Notes: generated by a model from the letters alone, not told the origin. Counted from the first letter of the stretch, positions 27,221 through 37,533 are shown. The stretch: DNA of 64,000 bases from Candidatus Desulfobia pelagia (GCA_014382295.1 JACNJZ010000171.1:37027-101026); one strand, 5' to 3'. Numbers and translations are program-made.

Positions 27221-29023
27221 TTAATCAATATACTGCTCAAGGTTATAATGTTTCATTTTTCTATAGAGTGTACTTCGATCAATACCAAGCATCCTGGCTG
27301 CTTTTGCTTTATTTCCATCAGTCTGCTTTAAAAAACGAATAATACGATCCTCTTCCGGTTCAAGATTTACGACCTGTCGACCGAGACCGGTGTTGATGCG
27401 TCCATCCATAGAACCTGTCTCATCACTGGTGGCAAGTGTGCGCCCTGACGTGCCAAACTGAATCTCTTCAGGCAGATTCTCTATCGTTATCGTGGTATCA
27501 GCGCACAGTACACATGCTCTCTCCATAACGTGCTCTAATTCGCGGATATTCCCCTGCCACTGATAAGCCTGCATCAGCGCTAATGCCTGATCGGATATCC
27601 CGGTAACAACCTTATTAAGTCTCTTGCTGAATCGTTCAATAAATATCTCAACGAGCATATGCAGATCACCATCCCGATCCCGCAGAGGAGGGAGCATAAT
27701 ATCAACAACCCTTAGGCGATAATAAAGATCTTCCCGAAAGACACCGCGTTTTACCCTGTCCTTAAGGTCAGCATTTGTCGCAGCAATGACACGTACATCA
27801 ACGGATATTGGCTGATCCTCTCCTACAGGATAAAAAGTTCTTTCCTGAAGAAAACGCAATAACCGTAATTGCATAAGCGGTGAAATATCGCCAATTTCAT
27901 CCAAAAAAAGCGTACCGCCATCAGCCTGCAGGATCCTTCCCTCTCGATTGCGATCAGCACCTGTAAACGACCCTTTCTTATGACCGAAGAGCTCGCTTTC
28001 CATAAGGTTTTCAGGGATAGCCGTGCAGTCAAATTTAACAAGAGGCATCTCCTTTCTGTGGCTTTCGGCATGCAGGGCTTCGGCAACAAGCTCCTTGCCT
28101 GTTCCCGATTCTCCGGTTATCAAGACCGATATGTCAGCACGTCCTACATTTTCAATAAGGGTATACACCGTCTGCATGGCCTGACTGCTGCCGACAAGCC
28201 GATGAAAATACATCCTTTTCCCGCTCTTATCCAACGCCTCAAGCCGGCTGACATCCCTGAAAATTACTACAGTTCCAAGAAATTTTTCCTGGTTATTTGT
28301 ATAAAGAGGAACGGCACTGATTCGAAGGACACTATGCTCACCCTTTGCAAGTGTGATCTCCACCCTGTGTTCATGGACATCTTCACGCTGATCAAGGACC
28401 CTGTGGACATCATTGCTGAAGACATCAAATGAACCCGGCAGGTCATCAATAAATCCGCCTACGTGCATTTCGGGAACAGCTGCGGAACACCATTCAACTG
28501 CGCGGTTATTCATCTGGACAATTTTCTTCTCAGGATTGACGCAGACGATCATATCGTGAACACTTGCAAAAATCGTTTCCAGGTATTGCTGATAGCGCTG
28601 TTTGTCTTCTTCTAGATGATTTTTCTCCTTAAGAAGGGCATACTGCTGCAATGCCATCCTGGCGGTACGAAGAAGGTCTGCCTTCTTAACAGGCTTGGCC
28701 AGATAATCAAACGCTCCCAGGCGAACAGCATCCGTTGCTGTGCTGATATTCGGGTAACCGGTAACCATAACCATAGGGCATTCCAGTTCAAGGTCTCGTA
28801 CGCGTCTCAGCAAATCAATCCCAGAACTTCCTTCCATAATTATATCGCTTATTATGAGATCGAAATCCTGCTGTTCAATGAAATCGTTGGCCTCTTCAAA
28901 AGTTGAAGCAGTTATTATTGGCCCATATCCCTCCCGCTCCAAAAACATCTTAAAAGTGGTACGCAGACTTTCTTCATCATCAACGATAAGTATGTGTGAA
29001 CGGGTGTGATCTGAATCTTGCAT
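27221..29023 (-). CDS. Sigma54-dependent response regulator (REC - PAS - AAA+ - Fis-type HTH)
   Basis: N-terminal receiver (ILIVDDEESLR...DLIISDIIM). Walker A GESGTGKELVAEALH. The sigma54-contact loop GSFTGA (the GAFTGA motif). C-terminal HTH KAKAARMLGIDRSTLYRKMKHY. Confidence 0.92.
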   Translation of the reverse strand: MQDSDHTRSHILIVDDEESLRTTFKMFLEREGYGPIITASTFEEANDFIEQQDFDLIISDIIMEGSSGIDLLRRVRDLELECPMVMVTGYPNISTATDAVRLGAFDYLAKPVKKADLLRTARMALQQYALLKEKNHLEEDKQRYQQYLETIFASVHDMIVCVNPEKKIVQMNNRAVEWCSAAVPEMHVGGFIDDLPGSFDVFSNDVHRVLDQREDVHEHRVEITLAKGEHSVLRISAVPLYTNNQEKFLGTVVIFRDVSRLEALDKSGKRMYFHRLVGSSQAMQTVYTLIENVGRADISVLITGESGTGKELVAEALHAESHRKEMPLVKFDCTAIPENLMESELFGHKKGSFTGADRNREGRILQADGGTLFLDEIGDISPLMQLRLLRFLQERTFYPVGEDQPISVDVRVIAATNADLKDRVKRGVFREDLYYRLRVVDIMLPPLRDRDGDLHMLVEIFIERFSKRLNKVVTGISDQALALMQAYQWQGNIRELEHVMERACVLCADTTITIENLPEEIQFGTSGRTLATSDETGSMDGRINTGLGRQVVNLEPEEDRIIRFLKQTDGNKAKAARMLGIDRSTLYRKMKHYNLEQYID

Positions 29024-29052
29024 CGAGTTCCCTCTTTCCTGAAATGAAAGGC

Positions 29053-31107
29053 TTAGTTTTCTTCGGTGTGAAATACCGGCAAATCTACCGTAAACGTAGT
29101 TTTCTCTCCAAGAGTGCTGTCCACTCCGAGAAATCCCTGAAAATCTCTTATCAAACCATGACTTATGCTCAATCCTAATCCGGTTCCCTCTCCAGGGGCC
29201 TTCGAAGAGAAAAACGGATCAAAAATGTTGCCTATAATCTCTTCCGGGATACCTGCACCAAGGTCCGTTACTTCAATCCGGACATACGGTTTACCCTCTC
29301 GAGACACAGTACTGCATCGAATGCTGAGCTTTTTCCCCGGATCACTGCCTGAATACCGCATATTCAAGGCATACCGTGCATTACTCAGGAGGTTGAGAAA
29401 AACCTGTTGAAGCTGCTGAGGATTGACATGAATCAGTGGCAGAGATTGAGGGGTTTCCTCTTCAAAAATAATTCCATCTTTTTTAAACTGATGCTTGATA
29501 AGCGCCAGTGAATCTTCAATTACTGCTTCAACAGTGGTGTCTTCAGCACCTTCTTCGCGCTGACGTGCAAAAAACAGAAGATTTTTAACAATGACAGCAA
29601 CCCGCTCTCCTTCCTTGATTATGCGCTCCAGAAGTTCGATTTGTTCCTGACTGTCAGCATCATCCTCCAGCAACTGGGCATAATTAATAATACCATTGAT
29701 TGGATTATTAATTTCGTGGGCGACACCTGCTGCCAGCTCACCAATAGAAGCCAGCTGGGCGGCACGCATTGTTTCGGCCTCGAGAAGCTTCTGCTCTGTA
29801 ATATCCCGCAACAGGATCAATGCCTTTTTTTCTCCATTGACATCAGAAAAAGGGGCGTAACACTGTTCATAATATCGGCCGCTTAAGGAAATCTCCCCGG
29901 ACCTTCTGATCGAACCCGAACCTATTGCCGCATGCATTTGGCAAATGTCACAAGGAGAATCCTTCTGCTTGTAGACCTTATAGCACTTCTCACCTATTTT
30001 ATTGCCAAAGATGTCCTGAAGCACATTATTCTGAAATTCAATCTCATATTTCTTATTTACGATGTGAACGCCCTGCCCCATTGCAGTGAGCATGCTCTTA
30101 AACTTGTCACGCTCACTTACCAGGATATCGTCGGTGCGTTTCTGGTTGGTAATATCAATAAAACTGGCAATACCACCTTTAACAATACCATCCTTACTCA
30201 CCAGCTTATTGAAATTAAGGGAAATGTAACGGGATTCTCCTGTTTTGGTTGTAATCTGGCGCTCCATAACTTCACAGGGCTCGATATCCTCGCCTTTCTT
30301 GATACAGCATGACTCATCGCCTTCTCCGCCAAAAAAAACCCGACAATCACTGCCTATGATCTCCTCACGACTGTACCCTGTCAGCTGTTCAGCCATATCG
30401 TTCCAATTGGTCGCAACGCCGTTTTTATCTACGGTAAAAACAGCCGTCGGGCATACCCGGTATAACAACTCCGCCTGCTCCTTTGCTTCGAGGAGTTCCG
30501 CTGTCCGCTCCTGAACGAGTTTCCCAAGGCGGTCATGGTGATTCTGCATAATTGCCGCAGCCTGCTTCCGTTCAGTGATATCCCGGACAGACTCGACAAT
30601 ACCGATCAACTCATCATCCTCACCCAAAAGCGGAGAAGCTATAATCTCAAAAACACGCTTCACCCCGTCTGCTATTTCCCTCTCCTGTTCGACGTGGACT
30701 TGCTCCCCGGATTCCAGAACTCCTATGAGAGGGCAGTCATACCCCTTTCCGTCGCATGGTTTATCCTGGCCGAAAAACAGCTCAAAACAAAGATTACTTT
30801 GGCTGAACCTGCTGTTGACGTGTACAGAATTATTACGGGCTGCACGATTCATCAGCTTTACACGAAAATCAGTGCCAACGACAATTATGGAATCGGCAAC
30901 ACTGTCAATGGCATTCTGCAGGAATTTAAGCTGCTTATCCTGGCTTTTTCGCCTTTCACCAGAAACAGCCTCCTGGACAGTACTCAGCTCAGCTGCAACA
31001 GCGCGCATTTTCCTGAGTTCGGCAATCAGTTCTTTTTTGGATTTACGCTCATCATTCATAACTTCACGAGACCATTTCAACCTTTTAAAATTCTTTTCCC
31101 CTGACAA
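29053..31107 (-). CDS. Multi-PAS sensor histidine kinase with Cys-rich sensor modules
   Basis: H-box GVAHEINNPINGIINYAQ and HATPase (DLGAGIP, GTGLGLSISHG). At least 3 PAS-like segments, two of which carry C-x10-C modules. The stop is 29 nt before the response-regulator gene. Confidence 0.88.
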   Translation of the reverse strand: MSGEKNFKRLKWSREVMNDERKSKKELIAELRKMRAVAAELSTVQEAVSGERRKSQDKQLKFLQNAIDSVADSIIVVGTDFRVKLMNRAARNNSVHVNSRFSQSNLCFELFFGQDKPCDGKGYDCPLIGVLESGEQVHVEQEREIADGVKRVFEIIASPLLGEDDELIGIVESVRDITERKQAAAIMQNHHDRLGKLVQERTAELLEAKEQAELLYRVCPTAVFTVDKNGVATNWNDMAEQLTGYSREEIIGSDCRVFFGGEGDESCCIKKGEDIEPCEVMERQITTKTGESRYISLNFNKLVSKDGIVKGGIASFIDITNQKRTDDILVSERDKFKSMLTAMGQGVHIVNKKYEIEFQNNVLQDIFGNKIGEKCYKVYKQKDSPCDICQMHAAIGSGSIRRSGEISLSGRYYEQCYAPFSDVNGEKKALILLRDITEQKLLEAETMRAAQLASIGELAAGVAHEINNPINGIINYAQLLEDDADSQEQIELLERIIKEGERVAVIVKNLLFFARQREEGAEDTTVEAVIEDSLALIKHQFKKDGIIFEEETPQSLPLIHVNPQQLQQVFLNLLSNARYALNMRYSGSDPGKKLSIRCSTVSREGKPYVRIEVTDLGAGIPEEIIGNIFDPFFSSKAPGEGTGLGLSISHGLIRDFQGFLGVDSTLGEKTTFTVDLPVFHTEEN

Positions 31108-31321
31108 ATACCACTCAGCGGCTATACTTAAGCAAAATAGATGCCAAAGAAACTACTGACCATGGCCTGCTTGCCATAAAAAAACCGCAGCCTTACCAAA
31201 TACACAAAAAACTATTCGTGTAATTCGACAGAGTCCGCGGCCATTTTTCACCCAGGAATATTTTATTACTGATGGAATCTATAATTCATCCAAAGCAGAT
31301 AATTAATACAAAACGGGAATA

Positions 31322-32770
31322 CTATTTAAATACTGGCAGCAACAGGGTGAATTTTGTCCCTTCTCCTTCAGAGCTGACAACATTTATTGTTCCGTGATGA
31401 CCGTCAATAATGTTTTTCACAATAGCAAGACCGAGACCACTACCTCTATTCTTACTGGTAAAAAAAGGATTGAACATCTGCTGGTATGCCTCCTCGGTCA
31501 TACCTTCACCGCTGTCTGTTATTTCAAACATAACACTGCCGCCGTCTTTGCTCAGCCTGCTCTCAACCACGAGGATACCGCCCTCCGGCATTGCCTGGAC
31601 ACTGTTGACAAGAATATTCAGACATGACTGATATAACTGATCAAAATCACCCTGAATATGGGGAAGAGCTTTTGCAAGTTTAAGATCGAGATCTATCTGG
31701 TGAGAAACAAACTCGGTGGACATGAATCCTGTTACCCGTCGTAAAATATCATTTACGGCAAGCTCAACCATCACCGGTTTCTTCGGCCTTGCAAAATCGA
31801 GAAACTCCCGGACAATGGAATCAAGCCTTGTCGTTTCTTCAACGATTATCTTGGCGAGATGATCATTCCCAGGAGCTATCTTCTGCAGCCTTTTCCCAAG
31901 TATTTCCGCAGTACTCCTGACAATTCCTAAAGGGTTTTTAATTTCATGGGAAACAGAGGCAACCATCTTACCGAGAGAGGCAAGCCGTTCTGCCTGGTGC
32001 AATTTCACTTCAAGCCTGCGCCTTTCCGCAGCCCTGGCTTCAATAATGCGGTCTGCACGGGCAACGATAAATCGAAGTGACACAAAAAGAGCGCCCATGA
32101 TAATAATTGAAGTAACAACAATAATAGCCTGGAGTCTGATAATTGCTGCCAGATCATCCGACAAATCCTGAGCTATCTCTATGACTCCCATAACCTCAGG
32201 TTCCTTACTGAAAGGTCTTTCTTTTCGCAAAGGAACAAATGTTCTTAAAAGACAATAGATATCGTCACTTCCCGGCAGCAGATTCAACAGGGACCCTTCC
32301 ATAATAAGAACAGAACTTTTCTGACCTTCAAGAGCTTTTTCATATTCTTTTCTTCCAAGATCCCGCTTCCCAACTATTTCCGGAACAGTACTGTAAGAAA
32401 CCAGATTCTCTTTTTTTGAGTAAATGGTAACAGAATCAATATTCATCCCATGGATTGCATTTTCGACAATCTTATCAAGCTGGTCAAACTGCCTTGGATC
32501 CTGAAGTGCAATCTGCCTGTTCTGAAGAGCAAGGGGCAGCACAAACTGCTGAAAGACCTGGTGGCTCATGTTTTTTGCCAGAACAAAGGTATAGGCTTCA
32601 CTTCGGTACAGGAGAACTTTTTTGGTGTAATTAGAAATAATCCAGGAAAGGACGAGAGTAGAGGCCAGAATCACTGCCAAACTGGTGAAAGAGAAAAACT
32701 TTACCAGCCGGAAGGGTTTTAATCTGGCAATGTCTGGCCCTTTTTCATTATTGTGATACTGATCAGTCAT
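31322..32770 (-). CDS. Membrane sensor histidine kinase (2 TM, periplasmic/extracytoplasmic sensor, HisKA-HATPase)
   Basis: H-box SVSHEIKNPLGIVRS and ATPase boxes (DSGEGM, GSGLGLAIVKN). I place the start at MTDQYHNNEK (ATG 32770), which overlaps the radical SAM stop by 8 nt. The ORF-track N-terminal extension to 33070 lies inside the upstream gene. Confidence 0.85.
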   Translation of the reverse strand: MTDQYHNNEKGPDIARLKPFRLVKFFSFTSLAVILASTLVLSWIISNYTKKVLLYRSEAYTFVLAKNMSHQVFQQFVLPLALQNRQIALQDPRQFDQLDKIVENAIHGMNIDSVTIYSKKENLVSYSTVPEIVGKRDLGRKEYEKALEGQKSSVLIMEGSLLNLLPGSDDIYCLLRTFVPLRKERPFSKEPEVMGVIEIAQDLSDDLAAIIRLQAIIVVTSIIIMGALFVSLRFIVARADRIIEARAAERRRLEVKLHQAERLASLGKMVASVSHEIKNPLGIVRSTAEILGKRLQKIAPGNDHLAKIIVEETTRLDSIVREFLDFARPKKPVMVELAVNDILRRVTGFMSTEFVSHQIDLDLKLAKALPHIQGDFDQLYQSCLNILVNSVQAMPEGGILVVESRLSKDGGSVMFEITDSGEGMTEEAYQQMFNPFFTSKNRGSGLGLAIVKNIIDGHHGTINVVSSEGEGTKFTLLLPVFK

Positions 32771-34475
32771 TGCATACACCGCATCTTCTGCATATTTCAG
32801 TCTGGCAGGCAGCTGTCTGTTTCCCGCCCAGGCCACGCTCATATTCCTCCCAGAGATACTCACGATGTATTCCATGATCGATAATATCCCAGGGAAACAG
32901 TTCATCCCTGGTCCTTTGCCTGGTATATTCTTCAGGATCAATATCATGATCCTTAAACTGCTGACGCCAGTTCCTTGAGAATTCAGCCATTGCCAACAAC
33001 ACCTCTGCCAGCCGCCGGTCACCCCTGGCAAGAACGGCCTGAAAAAACGCATTCTCAGGTTTTTCCACACCGAGCTTAAGGTTATGACAACCGGAAAATG
33101 CTTTTTTAAGGAATTTTATCTTCTTCTTCAAAGGCCCGACACCTGCGAATGCACAAAACTGAAATGGCGTCCATGCCTTGGGGACAAATGGATTTATGCT
33201 CAGGGAAATCATGGGCAGATGTCCTCGTGCACGACCTATTTCATTAACTTTCTCCTGCACCATCATCACCAAGCTGACCAGTTCGGCAAGATCCTCTTCG
33301 GTTTCTGTCGGCAGACCGATCATAAAATAGAGTTTGAGGTTCGTCACGCCACCGGACACCAGAATATTGGCTGCCAACAGCACATCTTCTGCGGTAATTC
33401 CCTTGTTTATAACTTTGCGAAGGCGTTCGGAAGCGCCATCAGGTGCAATGGCAGAGGTTTTGATTTTACTGGCCTGAAGGAGGTCTATCAGTTCCGGCGT
33501 AATGGCATCAGCACGCAATGAGGAAAAGGAAAGGGAACAGGAAGCATCAAGAAGATGCCTGGCAACTTTTGCCAAATCCTCCGGCTTTGCCATTTCCATC
33601 CCCAGAAGACCTACCCTGGAGATAGATGTCGGTTTTTCGTCAAAAGCTGCCATTATAGACTCAGCCGACCACAACCGGGGCGGGCGGTATACGAAACCTG
33701 CGGCGCAGAATCGACATCCACGGCTACAGCCGCGGCCCAATTCAGTCAGGTAGAGATCCCCAAATTCTGTATCCGGAGTTAAAAGCTGGGAATGCCCACT
33801 CTGATCGACGGAACCAAGCACAGCCTTTTTTACTCTTGCCGGAGCACCATCCCTGATCCGAATTTCAACCAATCGGGATTGATCATATACCATGTCATAC
33901 AGATGAGGGACATAACACCCAGGGACTGACACCGCAAGATCCAGAAGCCATTGATCCCTGTTGACACCAGGTACCCCCTCGTTAAATCTCTGCAGAAGAC
34001 AATTGAGGAGCGTGGGCAGAACAGGCTCTGACTCTCCAAGCAGGAAAAGATCGACAAAGGGAGCCAGTGGCTCAGGATTAATAAAAGTAGCCACCCCACC
34101 ACCTATAATTAGCGGGGTCTCTGGTCGCTGCGGGGAAACATTTCTGCGCTCTGTTGCCAGCGGCTCGATACCGGCCCATCGAAATAGACGAAGCAGATTG
34201 ACGTAATCCTGTTCAAAGCTCACGGCACAGAGAAAAACAGGAAAATCAAGAAGATGACGCCCAGACTCCACAGAGAGAGGAGTCTGGGCGTCTTCGGGAA
34301 GAAAAACCCGTTCACAGACTATGTCGGGGTGGGCATTTGCCAGGGCATAGACATGCTGCATACCCAGATTGGACATGCCAACCTGATAGACATTGGGATA
34401 CACAAGGGCAACAGGCAGTTTCCCCGTCCATTTTTTAAGAATCGCACCTGATTCCGAGGACCGCTTTAACGGCAT
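32763..34475 (-). CDS. B12-binding-domain radical SAM protein (TIGR03960-like, uncharacterised subfamily)
   Basis: Radical SAM cluster motif GRGCSRGCRFCAAG (CxxxCxxC). An N-terminal B12-like domain (VALVYPNVYQVGMSNLGMQHVY). A C-terminal Cys cluster CQTEICRRCGVC. The start is uncertain: M44 (34475, AGGGAA SD) is preferred, and the ORF extends to 34604. Confidence 0.8.
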   Translation of the reverse strand: MPLKRSSESGAILKKWTGKLPVALVYPNVYQVGMSNLGMQHVYALANAHPDIVCERVFLPEDAQTPLSVESGRHLLDFPVFLCAVSFEQDYVNLLRLFRWAGIEPLATERRNVSPQRPETPLIIGGGVATFINPEPLAPFVDLFLLGESEPVLPTLLNCLLQRFNEGVPGVNRDQWLLDLAVSVPGCYVPHLYDMVYDQSRLVEIRIRDGAPARVKKAVLGSVDQSGHSQLLTPDTEFGDLYLTELGRGCSRGCRFCAAGFVYRPPRLWSAESIMAAFDEKPTSISRVGLLGMEMAKPEDLAKVARHLLDASCSLSFSSLRADAITPELIDLLQASKIKTSAIAPDGASERLRKVINKGITAEDVLLAANILVSGGVTNLKLYFMIGLPTETEEDLAELVSLVMMVQEKVNEIGRARGHLPMISLSINPFVPKAWTPFQFCAFAGVGPLKKKIKFLKKAFSGCHNLKLGVEKPENAFFQAVLARGDRRLAEVLLAMAEFSRNWRQQFKDHDIDPEEYTRQRTRDELFPWDIIDHGIHREYLWEEYERGLGGKQTAACQTEICRRCGVCND

Positions 34476-34723
34476 ATTCCCTGTATTTTTGTATGAAGAC
34501 AGTTTTGAGGAAGCAATGCCCATTCTTGGCACTTTAGAGTAAAAAGCCAGAGGCTGGAGCTCTGGCAATTTAATTAATAAGCGCGTACTCCATGAATATA
34601 TCACAAAGCAGGGCTCATTGTTTATATGAAAGTTTTAAGTTGAAAGTATTACGTTTTAAGTTTTGAATAGGCAGATGTCACTTCTTCAGTTTTTTCGCCA
34701 AAACATCAATTCTGACAATCTCC

Positions 34724-34853
34724 TAAAAAGTCTCGGGATGGCTAAGTAAAAAGTTTGATATACAAGGCGTAGCAATTTTTCAGGTGCGAGGCCATACATG
34801 TGGTATGCCGAGTGCCTGAAAAATTGCTACAACGCAGTAGATCGGACTTTTTA
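34724..34853. repeat. About 130-bp compound palindromic element just downstream of ftsZ
   Basis: Perfect 16-bp inverted repeat GTAGCAATTTTTCAGG (34769-34784) / CCTGAAAAATTGCTAC (34815-34830). Outer 9-bp arms TAAAAAGTC (34724-34732) / GACTTTTTA (34845-34853). An inner imperfect CCATAC-ATGT-GGTATG. Confidence 0.6.
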
Positions 34854-34861
34854 CGACGCCA

Positions 34862-36037
34862 TCAATTCTCATTCCTTCGAATAAAAGTAGGCTCATCCAG
34901 AAGCTCTTCATCCAGAACATTAAAGGCGTAACGCTTTCTTTTGCTGCCTGGCAAAGGTGGGTTCCCGGAATCGTGATCCAGACCGGATTCTCCAAAAGGA
35001 AGTGAATTCTGTGCCGGCTCTTTTTCCGCCCTGGTCACTAATTGGGTCACCTTTTCAGGAAGCTGCTCCATCTCTTCTTCCTGCTTAATACCGGTGGCAA
35101 TGACCGTGACCCTTAATTCTTCCCCGAGGGAGTCATCAAATATGACACCAAGGATAATATTTGCATCATCATGAACTTCTTCATAAATCTTGCTTGTGGC
35201 TTCGGTTACTTCAGCCATGGTCAAGGTATCCTTCTTGGCAGAAATATTGACCAATACCCCTCTGGCACCATCAATACTGATATCCTGAAGAAGAGGGCTG
35301 GCAATGGCCATGCGTACCGCCTCGGAGGCTCTTTTCTCGCCGACACCGACGCCAGCACCCATCAAAGCCGGTCCCATTTCATTCATAACAGTTCGGACAT
35401 CTGCAAAATCAGGATTAATATAACCGGGAAGATTGATAAGATCCGTGATTCCCTTTACGGCCTGAACCAGAACATCATCTGCCATTTTCATTCCATCAAC
35501 AAAAGTCGTATGCCTCTGGGTCAGGGAGAGTATTCTGTCATTGGGAATAGTAATAATAGTATCAACATGCTTTTTGAGTTGTTCCCAGCCGGCTTCAGCA
35601 TTTTTCATTCTGGCCCGGCCTTCAAAAACAAAAGGCTTTGTGACAACTGCAACAGTTAACGCTCCAAGCTCTTTGCTTATCCTGGCAACTACGGGAGCAG
35701 CTCCGGTACCTGTACCGCCGCCAAGACCGGCGGTTACAAAAACCATATCACTTTCTTTGAGCGACTCACGGATTTCAGCAATGCTCTCTTCGGCTGATTC
35801 CCTTCCGCGTTCGGGGTTGGCACCTGCACCCAGACCTTTGCTAATTTCAGCACCGATCTGCAGTTTCAGATCAGCCCTGGAATGCTCAAGGGCCTGCAGA
35901 TCCGTATTGGCAGCAATAAACTCAACACCCAGGAGTTTGCTTTCCACCATAGTGTTAATTGCATTGCCGCCACCACCGCCAACGCCTATCACTTTTATTC
36001 TTGCCCTTGATGAGTTTTCCGCCAACGTGAACTCCAT
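34862..36037 (-). CDS. ftsZ: Cell division GTPase FtsZ
   Basis: 391 aa. GVGGGGGNAIN and the tubulin signature GGGTGTGAAP. C-terminal linker and conserved tail. Confidence 0.97.
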   Translation of the reverse strand: MEFTLAENSSRARIKVIGVGGGGGNAINTMVESKLLGVEFIAANTDLQALEHSRADLKLQIGAEISKGLGAGANPERGRESAEESIAEIRESLKESDMVFVTAGLGGGTGTGAAPVVARISKELGALTVAVVTKPFVFEGRARMKNAEAGWEQLKKHVDTIITIPNDRILSLTQRHTTFVDGMKMADDVLVQAVKGITDLINLPGYINPDFADVRTVMNEMGPALMGAGVGVGEKRASEAVRMAIASPLLQDISIDGARGVLVNISAKKDTLTMAEVTEATSKIYEEVHDDANIILGVIFDDSLGEELRVTVIATGIKQEEEMEQLPEKVTQLVTRAEKEPAQNSLPFGESGLDHDSGNPPLPGSKRKRYAFNVLDEELLDEPTFIRRNEN

Positions 36038-36138
36038 TTCATTCTCCCAGAACTTTCTGCTTCAAATAGTCTTATTTTCAGCGAAGCATTATATATATAG
36101 TACTTATAATTTAGATCTCAAACAAGCGATAAAACATG

Positions 36139-37368
36139 CTACATCAATTTACCGAACAACCCCTTAATCTTTCGCGCAAGACCACCTAACCCTGAACGAT
36201 CCCTTTCTATATAGAGTCGTCCTGATTCACTTTTTTTACCATAAATGACCAGTCCGACCCCGGTGGCACATTGCGGTGTATTGACAATATCAAGAATACC
36301 ACCGATATGCTGCGGATAACCTATCCGTACCGGAAGATCAAAAATCTGTTCTGCCATCTCGACGATATGTGTCAGCATCGAGGTTCCTCCGGTGAGAACC
36401 AGTCCGGCATTCACGAACTGCTTTGTCCCTGAGTCAATCAATTCATGATTGATTAATGTCAACATCTCCTCAATTCTCGGTTCAAGTATCTCACCCATAA
36501 CTCTCTGGGACAGCTTCCTGGACTTCCTGCCGCCGACACTTGGGACCTCAATCGCCTGATCCTTGTCAATGAGCGCCGATATCGCGCAGCCATATTTTTC
36601 CTTAAGTCGCTCAGCTTCCTTAATCGGTGTTCGCAGCCCCACAGAAAGATCATTGGTGAGATTATTACCGCCAACCCCAAGCACAAAGGTTTTTTTAATA
36701 CAGTTTTCAGCAAAAACAGCAAGATCAGATGTCCCTCCGCCAAGATCAAGAAGAGCTATACCAAGCTCCATCTCTTCCGGCGTCAATACAGCCTCAGCAG
36801 AGGCTATGGGCTCAAGGACAACATCATCCACCTGCAGTCCGGCCCTGTTGCAACATTTGATAATATTTCGTACCGCGGTTATAGAGCCTGTAACGACATG
36901 CACTTCGGCTTCCAGGCGTACTCCTGTCATCCCCAAGGGATCTTGAATGCCGCCCTGCCCATCAACCTTGAACTGCTGGGGCAGAACATGTATCACTTCC
37001 TGATCCTGACTCAGGGGAATAGCTTTGGCATTTTCTACAACCTTATCTATATCATCCCGTGTTATTTCGCCATTCTTGACGGCTATGACACCATCACTGT
37101 TAATGCCGCTTATATGACTGCCGGCTATCCCCACGTAAACTGAGGAAATAGTGCATCCTGCCATCATTTCCGCTTCTTCTACTGCTTTTTTTATCGAACC
37201 GACAGTGCTTTCAATATTAACGACAACACCTTTACGCAACCCAACAGAAGGACAGGCACCGACACCGATAATATCAACTCTGTCCTGAAAAACTTCGCCA
37301 ACCACAGCACAAATCTTCGTGGTTCCTATATCAAGACCTACTATTAATTCCCCTCTTTGCTGCGCCAT
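36139..37368 (-). CDS. ftsA: Cell division protein FtsA
   Basis: 409-aa actin-fold protein (VGLDIGTTKICAVVGE, LDLGGGTSD). Lies between ftsQ and ftsZ. Confidence 0.95.
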   Translation of the reverse strand: MAQQRGELIVGLDIGTTKICAVVGEVFQDRVDIIGVGACPSVGLRKGVVVNIESTVGSIKKAVEEAEMMAGCTISSVYVGIAGSHISGINSDGVIAVKNGEITRDDIDKVVENAKAIPLSQDQEVIHVLPQQFKVDGQGGIQDPLGMTGVRLEAEVHVVTGSITAVRNIIKCCNRAGLQVDDVVLEPIASAEAVLTPEEMELGIALLDLGGGTSDLAVFAENCIKKTFVLGVGGNNLTNDLSVGLRTPIKEAERLKEKYGCAISALIDKDQAIEVPSVGGRKSRKLSQRVMGEILEPRIEEMLTLINHELIDSGTKQFVNAGLVLTGGTSMLTHIVEMAEQIFDLPVRIGYPQHIGGILDIVNTPQCATGVGLVIYGKKSESGRLYIERDRSGLGGLARKIKGLFGKLM

Positions 37369-37533
37369 CTCTACACCTTTTATCTTTAACCGGATCCAAC
37401 CGGAAACAACTCAGTGCTCCTGCCCGAAAAAGAAACGTCCAGGCCGGCACTAAGCAGAGAATTTAACATATTGGCAAATTGCATTTTCTTGAAGTCTGCG
37501 CTTAGCAGCGAATTCATAAATTTCACAATCACG

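Noticed and set aside
32771-33070. 100-codon N-terminal extension of the second histidine kinase ORF (track start 33070)
   Set aside because: The extension lies entirely inside the radical SAM coding region in another frame and has Trp/Cys-rich nonsense composition. The internal ATG 32770 gives a normal TM-anchored kinase.
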